Part shown: piece after piece, positions 38,756 through 51,600 of the stretch
Position numbering within the stretch: the first letter of the stretch is position 1
Layout of the letters: each line of letters opens with the position of its first letter
Source: the human T2T-CHM13v2.0 reference genome, Homo sapiens
Assembly (NCBI RefSeq): GCF_009914755.1
Contig: NC_060944.1
DNA: 64,000 bases
Direction: 5' to 3' (one strand)
Program-made: the position numbers and the translations under genes
The notes under the pieces: model-generated
Told to the model about the DNA's origin: nothing
The model's database searches: none
What the model saw: the letters and a program-made list of their open reading frames with translations, nothing else

Positions 38756-41700
38756 TTGTGGAATATGCAAGTGGGTATTAGGCCAGCTTGGAGGATTTCG
38801 TTGGAAACGGGAATACGTATAAAAAGCAGACAGCAGCATTGTCAGAAACTACTTTGTGATGTTTGCATTCAAGTCACAGAATTGAACACTCCCTTTCACA
38901 GAGCAGGTTTGAAACACTCTTTTTGTAGTGTCTGTAAGTGAACATTTGGATTGCTTTCAGGCCTAAGGTGAAAAAGGAAATATCTTCCCATAAAAACTAG
39001 ACAGAAGCATTCTCAGAAACTTGTTTGTGATGTGTGCCCTCTACTGACAGAGTTGAAGCTTTCTTTGCAAAGAGCAGTTTTGAAACACTCTTTTTGTAGA
39101 ATCTGCAAGAGGATATTTGGATAGCTTTGAGGATTTCTTGGGAAACGGGAATGTCTTCAGATAAACTCTAGACAGAAGCATTCTCAGAAACTTCTTTGGG
39201 ATGTTTCAATTGAAGTCACAGTGTTGAACATTCCCTTTCACAGAGCAGGTTTGAAACACTCTTTTTGTAGTGTCTATAAGTGAACATTTGGCGTGCTTTC
39301 AGTTGTAACGTGAAAAAGGAAATATCTTCCCATAAAAACTAGACAGAAGCATTCTCAGAAACTTGTTCTTGATGTGTCCCCTCTACTGACAGAGTTGAAC
39401 CTTTCTTTGCAAAGAGCAGCTTTGAAACACTCTTTTTGTAGAATCTGCAAGAGGATATTTGGATAGCTTTGAGGATTTCTTGGGAAACGGGAATGTCTTC
39501 AGATAAACTCTAGACAGAAGCATTCTCAGAAACTTCTTTGGGATGTTTCAATTGAAGTCACAGTGTTGAACATTCCCTTTCACAGAGCAGGTTTGAAACA
39601 CTCTTTTTGTAGTGTCTATAAGTGAACATTTGGCGTGCTTTCAGGCCTAACGTGAAAAAGGAAATATCTTCCCATAAAAACTAGACAGAAGCATTCTCAG
39701 AAACTTGTTCGTGATGTGTGCCCTCTTCTGACAGAGTTGAACCTTTCTTTGCAAAGAGCAGCTTTGAAACACACTTTTTGTAGAATCTGCAAGAGGATAT
39801 TTGGATAGCTTTGAGGATTTCGTTGGAAACGGGTATGTCTTCAGATAAACTCTAGACAGAAGCATTCTCAGAATCTTCTTTGGGATGTTGCATTCAAGTC
39901 ACAGAGTAGAACATTCCCATTCATAGAGCAGATTTGAAACACTCTTTTTGTAGTATCTGGAAGTGGACATTTGGAGCGCTTTCAGGCCTATGTTGAAAAA
40001 GGAAATATCTTCCCATAAAAACTAGACGGAAGCATTCTCAGAAACTTATTTGTGATGTGTTTGCTCAACTAACAGGATTGAACCATCGTTTTGAAGGAGC
40101 AGTTTTGAAACACTGTTTTCGTGGAATCTGCAAGTGGATATTTGGCTAGCTTTGAGGATTTCGTTGGAAACGGGATTACATATAAAAAGGAGACAGCAGC
40201 ATTGTCAGAAACTACTTTGTGATGTTTGCTTTCAAGTCACAGAATTGAACACTCCCTTTCACAGAGCAGGTTTGAAACACTCTTTTTGTAGTGTCTGTAA
40301 GTGAACATTTGGATTGCTTTCAGGCCTAAGGTGAAAAAGGAAATATCTTCCCATAAAAACTAGACAGAAGCATTCTCAGAAACTTGTTTGTGATGTGTGC
40401 TCTCTACTGACAGAGTTGAACCTTTCTTTGCAAAGAGCAGTTTTGAAACACTCTTTTTGTAGAATCTGCAAGAGGATATTTGGATAGCTTTGAGGATTTC
40501 TTGGGAAACGGGAATGTCTTCAGATAAACTCTAGACAGAAGCATTCTCAGAAACTTCTTTGGGATGTTTCAATTGAAGTCACAGTGTTGAACATTCCCTT
40601 TCACAGAGCAAGTTTGAAACACTCTTTTTGTAGTGTCTATAAGTGAACATTTGGCGTGCTTTCAGGCCTAACGTGAAAAAGGAAATATCTTCCCATAAAA
40701 ACTAGACAGAAGCATTCTCAGAAACTTGTTCGTGATGTGTGCCCTCTACTGACAGAGTTGAACCTTTCTTTGCAAAGAGCAGCTTTGAAACACACTTTTT
40801 GTAGAATCTGCAAGAGGATATTTGGATAGCTTTGAGGATTTCGTTGGAAACGGGTATGTCTTCAGATAAACTCTAGACAGAAGCATTCTCAGAAACTTCT
40901 TTGGGATGTTGCATTCAAGTCACAGAGTAGAACATTCCCATTCATAGAGCAGATTTGAAACACTCTTTTTGTAGTATCTGGAAGTGGACATTTGGAGCGC
41001 TTTCAGGCCTATGTTGAAAAAGGAAATATCTTCCCATAAAAACTAGACGGAAGCATTCTCAGAAACTTATTTGTGATGTGTTTGCTCAACTAACAGGATT
41101 GAACCATCGTTTTGAAGGAGCAGTTTTGAAACACTGTTTTCGTGGAATCTGCAAGTGGATATTTGGCTAGCTTTGAGGATTTCGTTGGAAACGGGATTAC
41201 ATATAAAAAGGAGACAGCAGCATTCTCAGAAACTTCTTTGTGATGTCTGCATTCAATTCACAGAGTTGAGCATTCCCTTTCATAGAGCAGGTTGGAAACA
41301 CTCTTTTTGTAGTATCTGGATGAGGACATTTGGAGCGCTTTCAGGCGTATGGTGAAAAAGGAAATATCTTCCCGTAAAAACTAGACAGAAGCATTCTCAG
41401 AAGTTTATTTGTGATGTGTGCCCTCAACTAACAGAGTTGAACCTTTCTTTTGATAGAGCAGTTTTGAAACACTCTTTTTGTAAAATCTGCAAGAGGATAT
41501 TTGGATAGCTTTGAGGATTTCGTTGCAAACGGGAATGGCTTCATATAAACTCTAGACAGAAGCATTCTCAGAAACTTCGTTGGGATGTTTCGATTGAAGT
41601 CCCAGTGTTGAACATTCCCTTTTATAGAGCAGGTTGGAAACACTCTTTCTGCATTCCCTGGAAGTGGACATTTGGAGCGCTTTCAGGACGACGGTGAAAA

Positions 41701-42837
41701 TGGAAATATCTTCCAAGAAAATCTAGATAGAAGCAATGTCAGAAACTTTTCTGTGATGGATCTACTCAGCTAACAGAGTTGAACCTTTCTTTTGAGAGAG
41801 CAGTTTTGCAACACTCTTTTTGTGGAATATGCAAGTGGATATTAGGGCAGCTTTGAGGATTTCGTTGGAAACGGGAATACATGTAAAAAGCAGACAGCAG
41901 CATTCTCAGAAACTTCTTTGTGATGTTTGCATTGAAGTCACAGAGTTGAACATTCCCTTTGAGAGAGCAGGTTTGAAACACGCCTTTTGTCATATCTGGA
42001 AGTGTCCATTCGGAGCGCATTCAGGCTTGTGTTGAAAAAGGAAATATCCTCCCATAAAAACTAGACAGAAGCATTCTCAGAAACTTATCTGTGATGTATG
42101 TACTCAACTAACAGAACTAAACCATCGTTTTGAAGGAGCAGTTTTGAAACACTCTTTTTGCGGAATCTGCAAGTGGATATTTGGCTAGCTGGGAGGATTT
42201 CGTTGGAAACGGGATTACATACAAAAAGCAGACAGCAGCATTCTCAGAAACTTCTTTGTGATGTTTGCATTCAAGTCACAGAGTTGAACATTCCCTTTCA
42301 TAGAGCAGGTTTGAAACACTCTTTTTGTAGTATCTGGATGTGGACATTTGGATCGCTTTCAGGCCTATGGTGAAAAAGGAAATATCTTCCCATGAAAACT
42401 AGACAGAAGCATTCTCAGAAACTTATTTGTGATGTGTGCCCTCAACTGACAGTGTTGAACCTTTGTTTTGATAGAGCAGTTCTGAAACACACTTTTTGTA
42501 AAATCTGCAAGAGGATATTTGGATAGCTTTGAGGATTTCGTTGGAAACGGGAATGTCTTCATGTAAACTCTAGACAGAAGCATTCTCAGAAACTGCTTTG
42601 GGATGTTTCAATTGAAGTCCCAGTGTTGAACATTCCCATTCATAGAGCAGGTTTGAAACACTCTTTTTGTACTATCTGGAAGTGGACATTTGGAGCGCTT
42701 TCAGGTCTACGGTGAAAAAGGAGATATCTTCCAATAAAAACTAGATAGAAGCAATGTCAGAACTTTTTTCATGATGTATCTACTCAGCAAACAGAGTTGA
42801 ACCTTTCTTTTGAGAGAGCAGTTTTGAAACACTCTTT
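38756..42837 (+). repeat. HOR structural variant U15, 24-mer (4082 bp)
   Basis: 4082 = 2719+342+1021: an extra dimer (hybrid B monomer, switch within 39421-39479) plus a 6-monomer back-jump at 40191-40203. Confidence 0.95.
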
Positions 42838-45800
42838 TTGTGGAATATGCAAGTGGGTATTAGGCCAGCTTGGAGGATTTCGTTGGAAACGGGAATACGT
42901 ATAAAAAGCAGACAGCAGCATTGTCAGAAACTACTTTGTGATGTTTGCATTCAAGTCACAGAATTGAACACTCCCTTTCACAGAGCAGGTTTGAAACACT
43001 CTTTTTGTAGTGTCTGTAAGTGAACATTTGGATTGCTTTCAGGCCTAAGGTGAAAAAGGAAATATCTTCCCATAAAAACTAGACAGAAGCATTCTCAGAA
43101 ACTTGTTTGTGATGTGTGCCCTCTACTGACAGAGTTGAAGCTTTCTTTGCAAAGAGCAGTTTTGAAACACTCTTTTTGTAGAATCTGCAAGAGGATATTT
43201 GGATAGCTTTGAGGATTTCTTGGGAAACGGGAATGTCTTCAGATAAACTCTAGACAGAAGCATTCTCAGAAACTTCTTTGGGATGTTTCAATTGAAGTCA
43301 CAGTGTTGAACATTCCCTTTCACAGAGCAGGTTTGAAACACTCTTTTTGTAGTGTCTATAAGTGAACATTTGGCGTGCTTTCAGTTGTAACGTGAAAAAG
43401 GAAATATCTTCCCATAAAAACTAGACAGAAGCATTCTCAGAAACTTGTTCTTGATGTGTCCCCTCTACTGACAGAGTTGAACCTTTCTTTGCAAAGAGCA
43501 GCTTTGAAACACTCTTTTTGTAGAATCTGCAAGAGGATATTTGGATAGCTTTGAGGATTTCTTGGGAAACGGGAATGTCTTCAGATAAACTCTAGACAGA
43601 AGCATTCTCAGAAACTTCTTTGGGATGTTTCAATTGAAGTCACAGTGTTGAACATTCCCTTTCACAGAGCAGGTTTGAAACACTCTTTTTGTAGTGTCTA
43701 TAAGTGAACATTTGGCGTGCTTTCAGGCCTAACGTGAAAAAGGAAATATCTTCCCATAAAAACTAGACAGAAGCATTCTCAGAAACTTGTTCGTGATGTG
43801 TGCCCTCTTCTGACAGAGTTGAACCTTTCTTTGCAAAGAGCAGCTTTGAAACACACTTTTTGTAGAATCTGCAAGAGGATATTTGGATAGCTTTGAGGAT
43901 TTCGTTGGAAACGGGTATGTCTTCAGATAAACTCTAGACAGAAGCATTCTCAGAATCTTCTTTGGGATGTTGCATTCAAGTCACAGAGTAGAACATTCCC
44001 ATTCATAGAGCAGATTTGAAACACTCTTTTTGTAGTATCTGGAAGTGGACATTTGGAGCGCTTTCAGGCCTATGTTGAAAAAGGAAATATCTTCCCATAA
44101 AAACTAGACGGAAGCATTCTCAGAAACTTATTTGTGATGTGTTTGCTCAACTAACAGGATTGAACCATCGTTTTGAAGGAGCAGTTTTGAAACACTGTTT
44201 TCGTGGAATCTGCAAGTGGATATTTGGCTAGCTTTGAGGATTTCGTTGGAAACGGGATTACATATAAAAAGGAGACAGCAGCATTCTCAGAAACTTCTTT
44301 GTGATGTCTGCATTCAATTCACAGAGTTGAGCATTCCCTTTCATAGAGCAGGTTGGAAACACTCTTTTTGTAGTATCTGGATGAGGACATTTGGAGCGCT
44401 TTCAGGCGTATGGTGAAAAAGGAAATATCTTCCCGTAAAAACTAGACAGAAGCATTCTCAGAAGTTTATTTGTGATGTGTGCCCTCAACTAACAGAGTTG
44501 AACCTTTCTTTTGATAGAGCAGTTTTGAAACACTCTTTTTGTAAAATCTGCAAGAGGATATTTGGATAGCTTTGAGGATTTCGTTGCAAACGGGAATGGC
44601 TTCATATAAACTCTAGACAGAAGCATTCTCAGAAACTTCGTTGGGATGTTTCGATTGAAGTCCCAGTGTTGAACATTCCCTTTTATAGAGCAGGTTGGAA
44701 ACACTCTTTCTGCATTCCCTGGAAGTGGACATTTGGAGCGCTTTCAGGACGACGGTGAAAATGGAAATATCTTCCAAGAAAATCTAGATAGAAGCAATGT
44801 CAGAAACTTTTCTGTGATGGATCTACTCAGCTAACAGAGTTGAACCTTTCTTTTGAGAGAGCAGTTTTGCAACACTCTTTTTGTGGAATATGCAAGTGGA
44901 TATTAGGGCAGCTTTGAGGATTTCGTTGGAAACGGGAATACATGTAAAAAGCAGACAGCAGCATTCTCAGAAACTTCTTTGTGATGTTTGCATTGAAGTC
45001 ACAGAGTTGAACATTCCCTTTGAGAGAGCAGGTTTGAAACACGCCTTTTGTCATATCTGGAAGTGTCCATTCGGAGCGCATTCAGGCTTGTGTTGAAAAA
45101 GGAAATATCCTCCCATAAAAACTAGACAGAAGCATTCTCAGAAACTTATCTGTGATGTATGTACTCAACTAACAGAACTAAACCATCGTTTTGAAGGAGC
45201 AGTTTTGAAACACTCTTTTTGCGGAATCTGCAAGTGGATATTTGGCTAGCTGGGAGGATTTCGTTGGAAACGGGATTACATACAAAAAGCAGACAGCAGC
45301 ATTCTCAGAAACTTCTTTGTGATGTTTGCATTCAAGTCACAGAGTTGAACATTCCCTTTCATAGAGCAGGTTTGAAACACTCTTTTTGTAGTATCTGGAT
45401 GTGGACATTTGGATCGCTTTCAGGCCTATGGTGAAAAAGGAAATATCTTCCCATGAAAACTAGACAGAAGCATTCTCAGAAACTTATTTGTGATGTGTGC
45501 CCTCAACTGACAGTGTTGAACCTTTGTTTTGATAGAGCAGTTCTGAAACACACTTTTTGTAAAATCTGCAAGAGGATATTTGGATAGCTTTGAGGATTTC
45601 GTTGGAAACGGGAATGTCTTCATGTAAACTCTAGACAGAAGCATTCTCAGAAACTGCTTTGGGATGTTTCAATTGAAGTCCCAGTGTTGAACATTCCCTT
45701 TCATAGAGCAGGTTTGAAACACTCTTTTTGTACTATCTGGAAGTGGACATTTGGAGCGCTTTCAGGTCTACGGTGAAAAAGGAGATATCTTCCAATAAAA

Positions 45801-45898
45801 ACTAGATAGAAGCAATGTCAGAACTTTTTTCATGATGTATCTACTCAGCAAACAGAGTTGAACCTTTCTTTTGAGAGAGCAGTTTTGAAACACTCTTT
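42838..45898 (+). repeat. HOR structural variant U16, 18-mer type A (3061 bp)
   Basis: Extra 342-bp dimer with a second TTTCTTGGG degenerate box at ~43558. Private SNPs CCCTCTTCTG and CAGAATCTTC are shared with U15. Confidence 0.95.
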
Positions 45899-48617
45899 TT
45901 GTGGAATATGCAAGTGGGTATTAGGCCAGCTTGGAGGATTTCGTTGGAAACGGGAATACGTATAAAAAGCAGACAGCAGCATTGTCAGAAACTACTTTGT
46001 GATGTTTGCATTCAAGTCACAGAATTGAACACTCCCTTTCACAGAGCAGGTTTGAAACACTCTTTTTGTAGTGTCTGTAAGTGAACATTTGGATTGCTTT
46101 CAGGCCTAAGGTGAAAAAGGAAATATCTTCCCATAAAAACTAGACAGAAGCATTCTCAGAAACTTGTTTGTGATGTGTGCCCTCTACTGACAGAGTTGAA
46201 GCTTTCTTTGCAAAGAGCAGTTTTGAAACACTCTTTTTGTAGAATCTGCAAGAGGATATTTGGATAGCTTTGAGGATTTCTTGGGAAACGGGAATGTCTT
46301 CAGATAAACTCTAGACAGAAGCATTCTCAGAAACTTCTTTGGGATGTTTCAATTGAAGTCACAGTGTTGAACATTCCCTTTCACAGAGCAGGTTTGAAAC
46401 ACTCTTTTTGTAGTGTCTATAAGTGAACATTTGGCGTGCTTTCAGTTGTAACGTGAAAAAGGAAATATCTTCCCATAAAAACTAGACAGAAGCATTCTCA
46501 GAAACTTGTTCTTGATGTGTCCCCTCTACTGACAGAGTTGAACCTTTCTTTGCAAAGAGCAGCTTTGAAACACACTTTTTGTAGAATCTGCAAGAGGATA
46601 TTTGGATAGCTTTGAGGATTTCGTTGGAAACGGGTATGTCTTCAGATAAACTCTAGACAGAAGCATTCTCAGAAACTTCTTTGGGATGTTGCATTCAAGT
46701 CACAGAGTAGAACATTCCCATTCATAGAGCAGATTTGAAACACTCTTTTTGTAGTATCTGGAAGTGGACATTTGGAGCGCTTTCAGGCCTATGTTGAAAA
46801 AGGAAATATCTTCCCATAAAAACTAGACGGAAGCATTCTCAGAAACTTATTTGTGATGTGTTTGCTCAACTAACAGGATTGAACCATCGTTTTGAAGGAG
46901 CAGTTTTGAAACACTGTTTTCGTGGAATCTGCAAGTGGATATTTGGCTAGCTTTGAGGATTTCGTTGGAAACGGGATTACATATAAAAAGGAGACAGCAG
47001 CATTCTCAGAAACTTCTTTGTGATGTCTGCATTCAATTCACAGAGTTGAGCATTCCCTTTCATAGAGCAGGTTGGAAACACTCTTTTTGTAGTATCTGGA
47101 TGAGGACATTTGGAGCGCTTTCAGGCGTATGGTGAAAAAGGAAATATCTTCCCGTAAAAACTAGACAGAAGCATTCTCAGAAGTTTATTTGTGATGTGTG
47201 CCCTCAACTAACAGAGTTGAACCTTTCTTTTGATAGAGCAGTTTTGAAACACTCTTTTTGTAAAATCTGCAAGAGGATATTTGGATAGCTTTGAGGATTT
47301 CGTTGCAAACGGGAATGGCTTCATATAAACTCTAGACAGAAGCATTCTCAGAAACTTCGTTGGGATGTTTCGATTGAAGTCCCAGTGTTGAACATTCCCT
47401 TTTATAGAGCAGGTTGGAAACACTCTTTCTGCATTCCCTGGAAGTGGACATTTGGAGCGCTTTCAGGACGACGGTGAAAATGGAAATATCTTCCAAGAAA
47501 ATCTAGATAGAAGCAATGTCAGAAACTTTTCTGTGATGGATCTACTCAGCTAACAGAGTTGAACCTTTCTTTTGAGAGAGCAGTTTTGCAACACTCTTTT
47601 TGTGGAATATGCAAGTGGATATTAGGGCAGCTTTGAGGATTTCGTTGGAAACGGGAATACATGTAAAAAGCAGACAGCAGCATTCTCAGAAACTTCTTTG
47701 TGATGTTTGCATTGAAGTCACAGAGTTGAACATTCCCTTTGAAAGAGCAGGTTTGAAACACGCCTTTTGTCATATCTGGAAGTGTCCATTCGGAGCGCAT
47801 TCAGGCTTGTGTTGAAAAAGGAAATATCCTCCCATAAAAACTAGACAGAAGCATTCTCAGAAACTTATCTGTGATGTATGTACTCAACTAACAGAACTAA
47901 ACCATCGTTTTGAAGGAGCAGTTTTGAAACACTCTTTTTGCGGAATCTGCAAGTGGATATTTGGCTAGCTGGGAGGATTTCGTTGGAAACGGGATTACAT
48001 ACAAAAAGCAGACAGCAGCATTCTCAGAAACTTCTTTGTGATGTTTGCATTCAAGTCACAGAGTTGAACATTCCCTTTCATAGAGCAGGTTTGAAACACT
48101 CTTTTTGTAGTATCTGGATGTGGACATTTGGATCGCTTTCAGGCCTATCGTGAAAAAGGAAATGTCTTCCCATGAAAACTAGACAGAAGCATTCTCAGAA
48201 ACTTATTTGTGATGTGTGCCCTCAACTGACAGTGTTGAACCTTTGTTTTGATAGAGCAGTTCTGAAACACACTTTTTGTAAAATCTGCAAGAGGATATTT
48301 GGATAGCTTTGAGGATTTCGTTGGAAACGGGAATGTCTTCATGTAAACTCTAGACAGAAGCATTCTCAGAAACTGCTTTGGGATGTTTCAATTGAAGTCC
48401 CAGTGTTGAACATTCCCTTTCATAGAGCAGGTTTGAAACACTCTTTTTGTACTATCTGGAAGTGGACATTTGGAGCGCTTTCAGGTCTACGGTGAAAAAG
48501 GAGATATCTTCCAATAAAAACTAGATAGAAGCAATGTCAGAACTTTTTTCATGATGTATCTACTCAGCAAACAGAGTTGAACCTTTCTTTTGAGAGAGCA
48601 GTTTTGAAACACTCTTT
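45899..48617 (+). repeat. Canonical 16-mer U17
   Basis: Anchor spacing 2719. Confidence 0.96.
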
Positions 48618-51600
48618 TTGTGGAATATGCAAGTGGGTATTAGGCCAGCTTGGAGGATTTCGTTGGAAACGGGAATACGTATAAAAAGCAGACAGCAGCA
48701 TTGTCAGAAACTACTTTGTGATGTTTGCATTCAAGTCACAGAATTGAACACTCCCTTTCACAGAGCAGGTTTGAAACACTCTTTTTGTAGTGTCTGTAAG
48801 TGAACATTTGGATTGCTTTCAGGCCTAAGGTGAAAAAGGAAATATCTTCCCATAAAAACTAGACAGAAGCATTCTCAGAAACTTGTTTGTGATGTGTGCC
48901 CTCTACTGACAGAGTTGAAGCTTTCTTTGCAAAGAGCAGTTTTGAAACACTCTTTTTGTAGAATCTGCAAGAGGATATTTGGATAGCTTTGAGGATTTCT
49001 TGGGAAACGGGAATGTCTTCAGATAAACTCTAGACAGAAGCATTCTCAGAAACTTCTTTGGGATGTTTCAATTGAAGTCACAGTGTTGAACATTCCCTTT
49101 CACAGAGCAGGTTTGAAACACTCTTTTTGTAGTGTCTATAAGTGAACATTTGGCGTGCTTTCAGTTGTAACGTGAAAAAGGAAATATCTTCCCATAAAAA
49201 CTAGACAGAAGCATTCTCAGAAACTTGTTCTTGATGTGTCCCCTCTACTGACAGAGTTGAACCTTTCTTTGCAAAGAGCAGCTTTGAAACACTCTTTTTG
49301 TAGAATCTGCAAGAGGATATTTGGATAGCTTGGAGGATTTCGTTGGAAACGGGAATGTCTTCAGATAAACTCTAGACAGAAGCATTCTCAGAAACTTCTT
49401 TGGGATGTTGCATTCAAGTCACAGTGTTGAACATTCCCTTTCACAGAGCAGGTTTGAAACACTCTTTTTGTAGTGTCTATAAGTGAACATTTGGCGTGCT
49501 TTCAGGCCTAACGTGAAAAAGGAAATATCTTCCCATAAAAACTAGACAGAAGCATTCTCAGAAACTTGTTCCTGATGTGTGCCCTCTACTGACAGAGTTG
49601 AACCTTTGTTTGCAAAGAGCAGCTTTGAAACACTCTTTTTGTAGAATCTGCAAGAGGATATTTGGATAGCTTTGAGGATTTCGTTGGAAACGGGTATGTC
49701 TTCAGATAAACTCTAGACAGAAGCATTCTCAGAAACTTCTTTGGGATGTTGCATTCAAGTCACAGAGTAGAACATTCCCATTCATAGAGCAGATTTGAAA
49801 CACTCTTTTTGTAGTATCTGGAAGTGGACATTTGGAGCGCTTTCAGGCCTATGTTGAAAAAGGAAATATCTTCCCATAAAAACTAGACGGAAGCATTCTC
49901 AGAAACTTATTTGTGATGTGTTTGCTCAACTAACAGGATTGAACCATCGTTTTGAAGGAGCAGTTTTGAAACACTGTTTTCGTGGAATCTGCAAGTGGAT
50001 ATTTGGCTAGCTTTGAGGATTTCGTTGGAAACGGGATTACATATAAAAAGGAGACAGCAGCATTCTCAGAAACTTCTTTGTGATGTCTGCATTCAATTCA
50101 CAGAGTTGAGCATTCCCTTTCATAGAGCAGGTTGGAAACACTCTTTTTGTAGTATCTGGATGAGGACATTTGGAGCGCTTTCAGGCGTATGGTGAAAAAG
50201 GAAATATCTTCCCGTAAAAACTAGACAGAAGCATTCTCAGAAGTTTATTTGTGATGTGTGCCCTCAACTAACAGAGTTGAACCTTTCTTTTGATAGAGCA
50301 GTTTTGAAACACTCTTTTTGTAAAATCTGCAAGAGGATATTTGGATAGCTTTGAGGATTTCGTTGCAAACGGGAATGGCTTCATATAAACTCTAGACAGA
50401 AGCATTCTCAGAAACTTCGTTGGGATGTTTCGATTGAAGTCCCAGTGTTGAACATTCCCTTTTATAGAGCAGGTTGGAAACACTCTTTCTGCATTCCCTG
50501 GAAGTGGACATTTGGAGCGCTTTCAGGACGACGGTGAAAATGGAAATATCTTCCAAGAAAATCTAGATAGAAGCAATGTCAGAAACTTTTCTGTGATGGA
50601 TCTACTCAGCTAACAGAGTTGAACCTTTCTTTTGAGAGAGCAGTTTTGCAACACTCTTTTTGTGGAATATGCAAGTGGATATTAGGGCAGCTTTGAGGAT
50701 TTCGTTGGAAACGGGAATACATGTAAAAAGCAGACAGCAGCATTCTCAGAAACTTCTTTGTGATGTTTGCATTGAAGTCACAGAGTTGAACATTCCCTTT
50801 GAGAGAGCAGGTTTGAAACACGCCTTTTGTCATATCTGGAAGTGTCCATTCGGAGCGCATTCAGGCTTGTGTTGAAAAAGGAAATATCCTCCCATAAAAA
50901 CTAGACAGAAGCATTCTCAGAAACTTATCTGTGATGTATGTACTCAACTAACAGAACTAAACCATCGTTTTGAAGGAGCAGTTTTGAAACACTCTTTTTG
51001 CGGAATCTGCAAGTGGATATTTGGCTAGCTGGGAGGATTTCGTTGGAAACGGGATTACATACAAAAAGCAGACAGCAGCATTCTCAGAAACTTCTTTGTG
51101 ATGTTTGCATTCAAGTCACAGAGTTGAACATTCCCTTTCATAGAGCAGGTTTGAAACACTCTTTTTGTAGTATCTGGATGTGGACATTTGGATCGCTTTC
51201 AGGCCTATCGTGAAAAAGGAAATGTCTTCCCATGAAAACTAGACAGAAGCATTCTCAGAAACTTATTTGTGATGTGTGCCCTCAACTGACAGTGTTGAAC
51301 CTTTGTTTTGATAGAGCAGTTCTGAAACACACTTTTTGTAAAATCTGCAAGAGGATATTTGGATAGCTTTGAGGATTTCGTTGGAAACGGGAATGTCTTC
51401 ATGTAAACTCTAGACAGAAGCATTCTCAGAAACTGCTTTGGGATGTTTCAATTGAAGTCCCAGTGTTGAACATTCCCTTTCATAGAGCAGGTTTGAAACA
51501 CTCTTTTTGTACTATCTGGAAGTGGACATTTGGAGCGCTTTCAGGTCTACGGTGAAAAAGGAGATATCTTCCAATAAAAACTAGATAGAAGCAATGTCAG

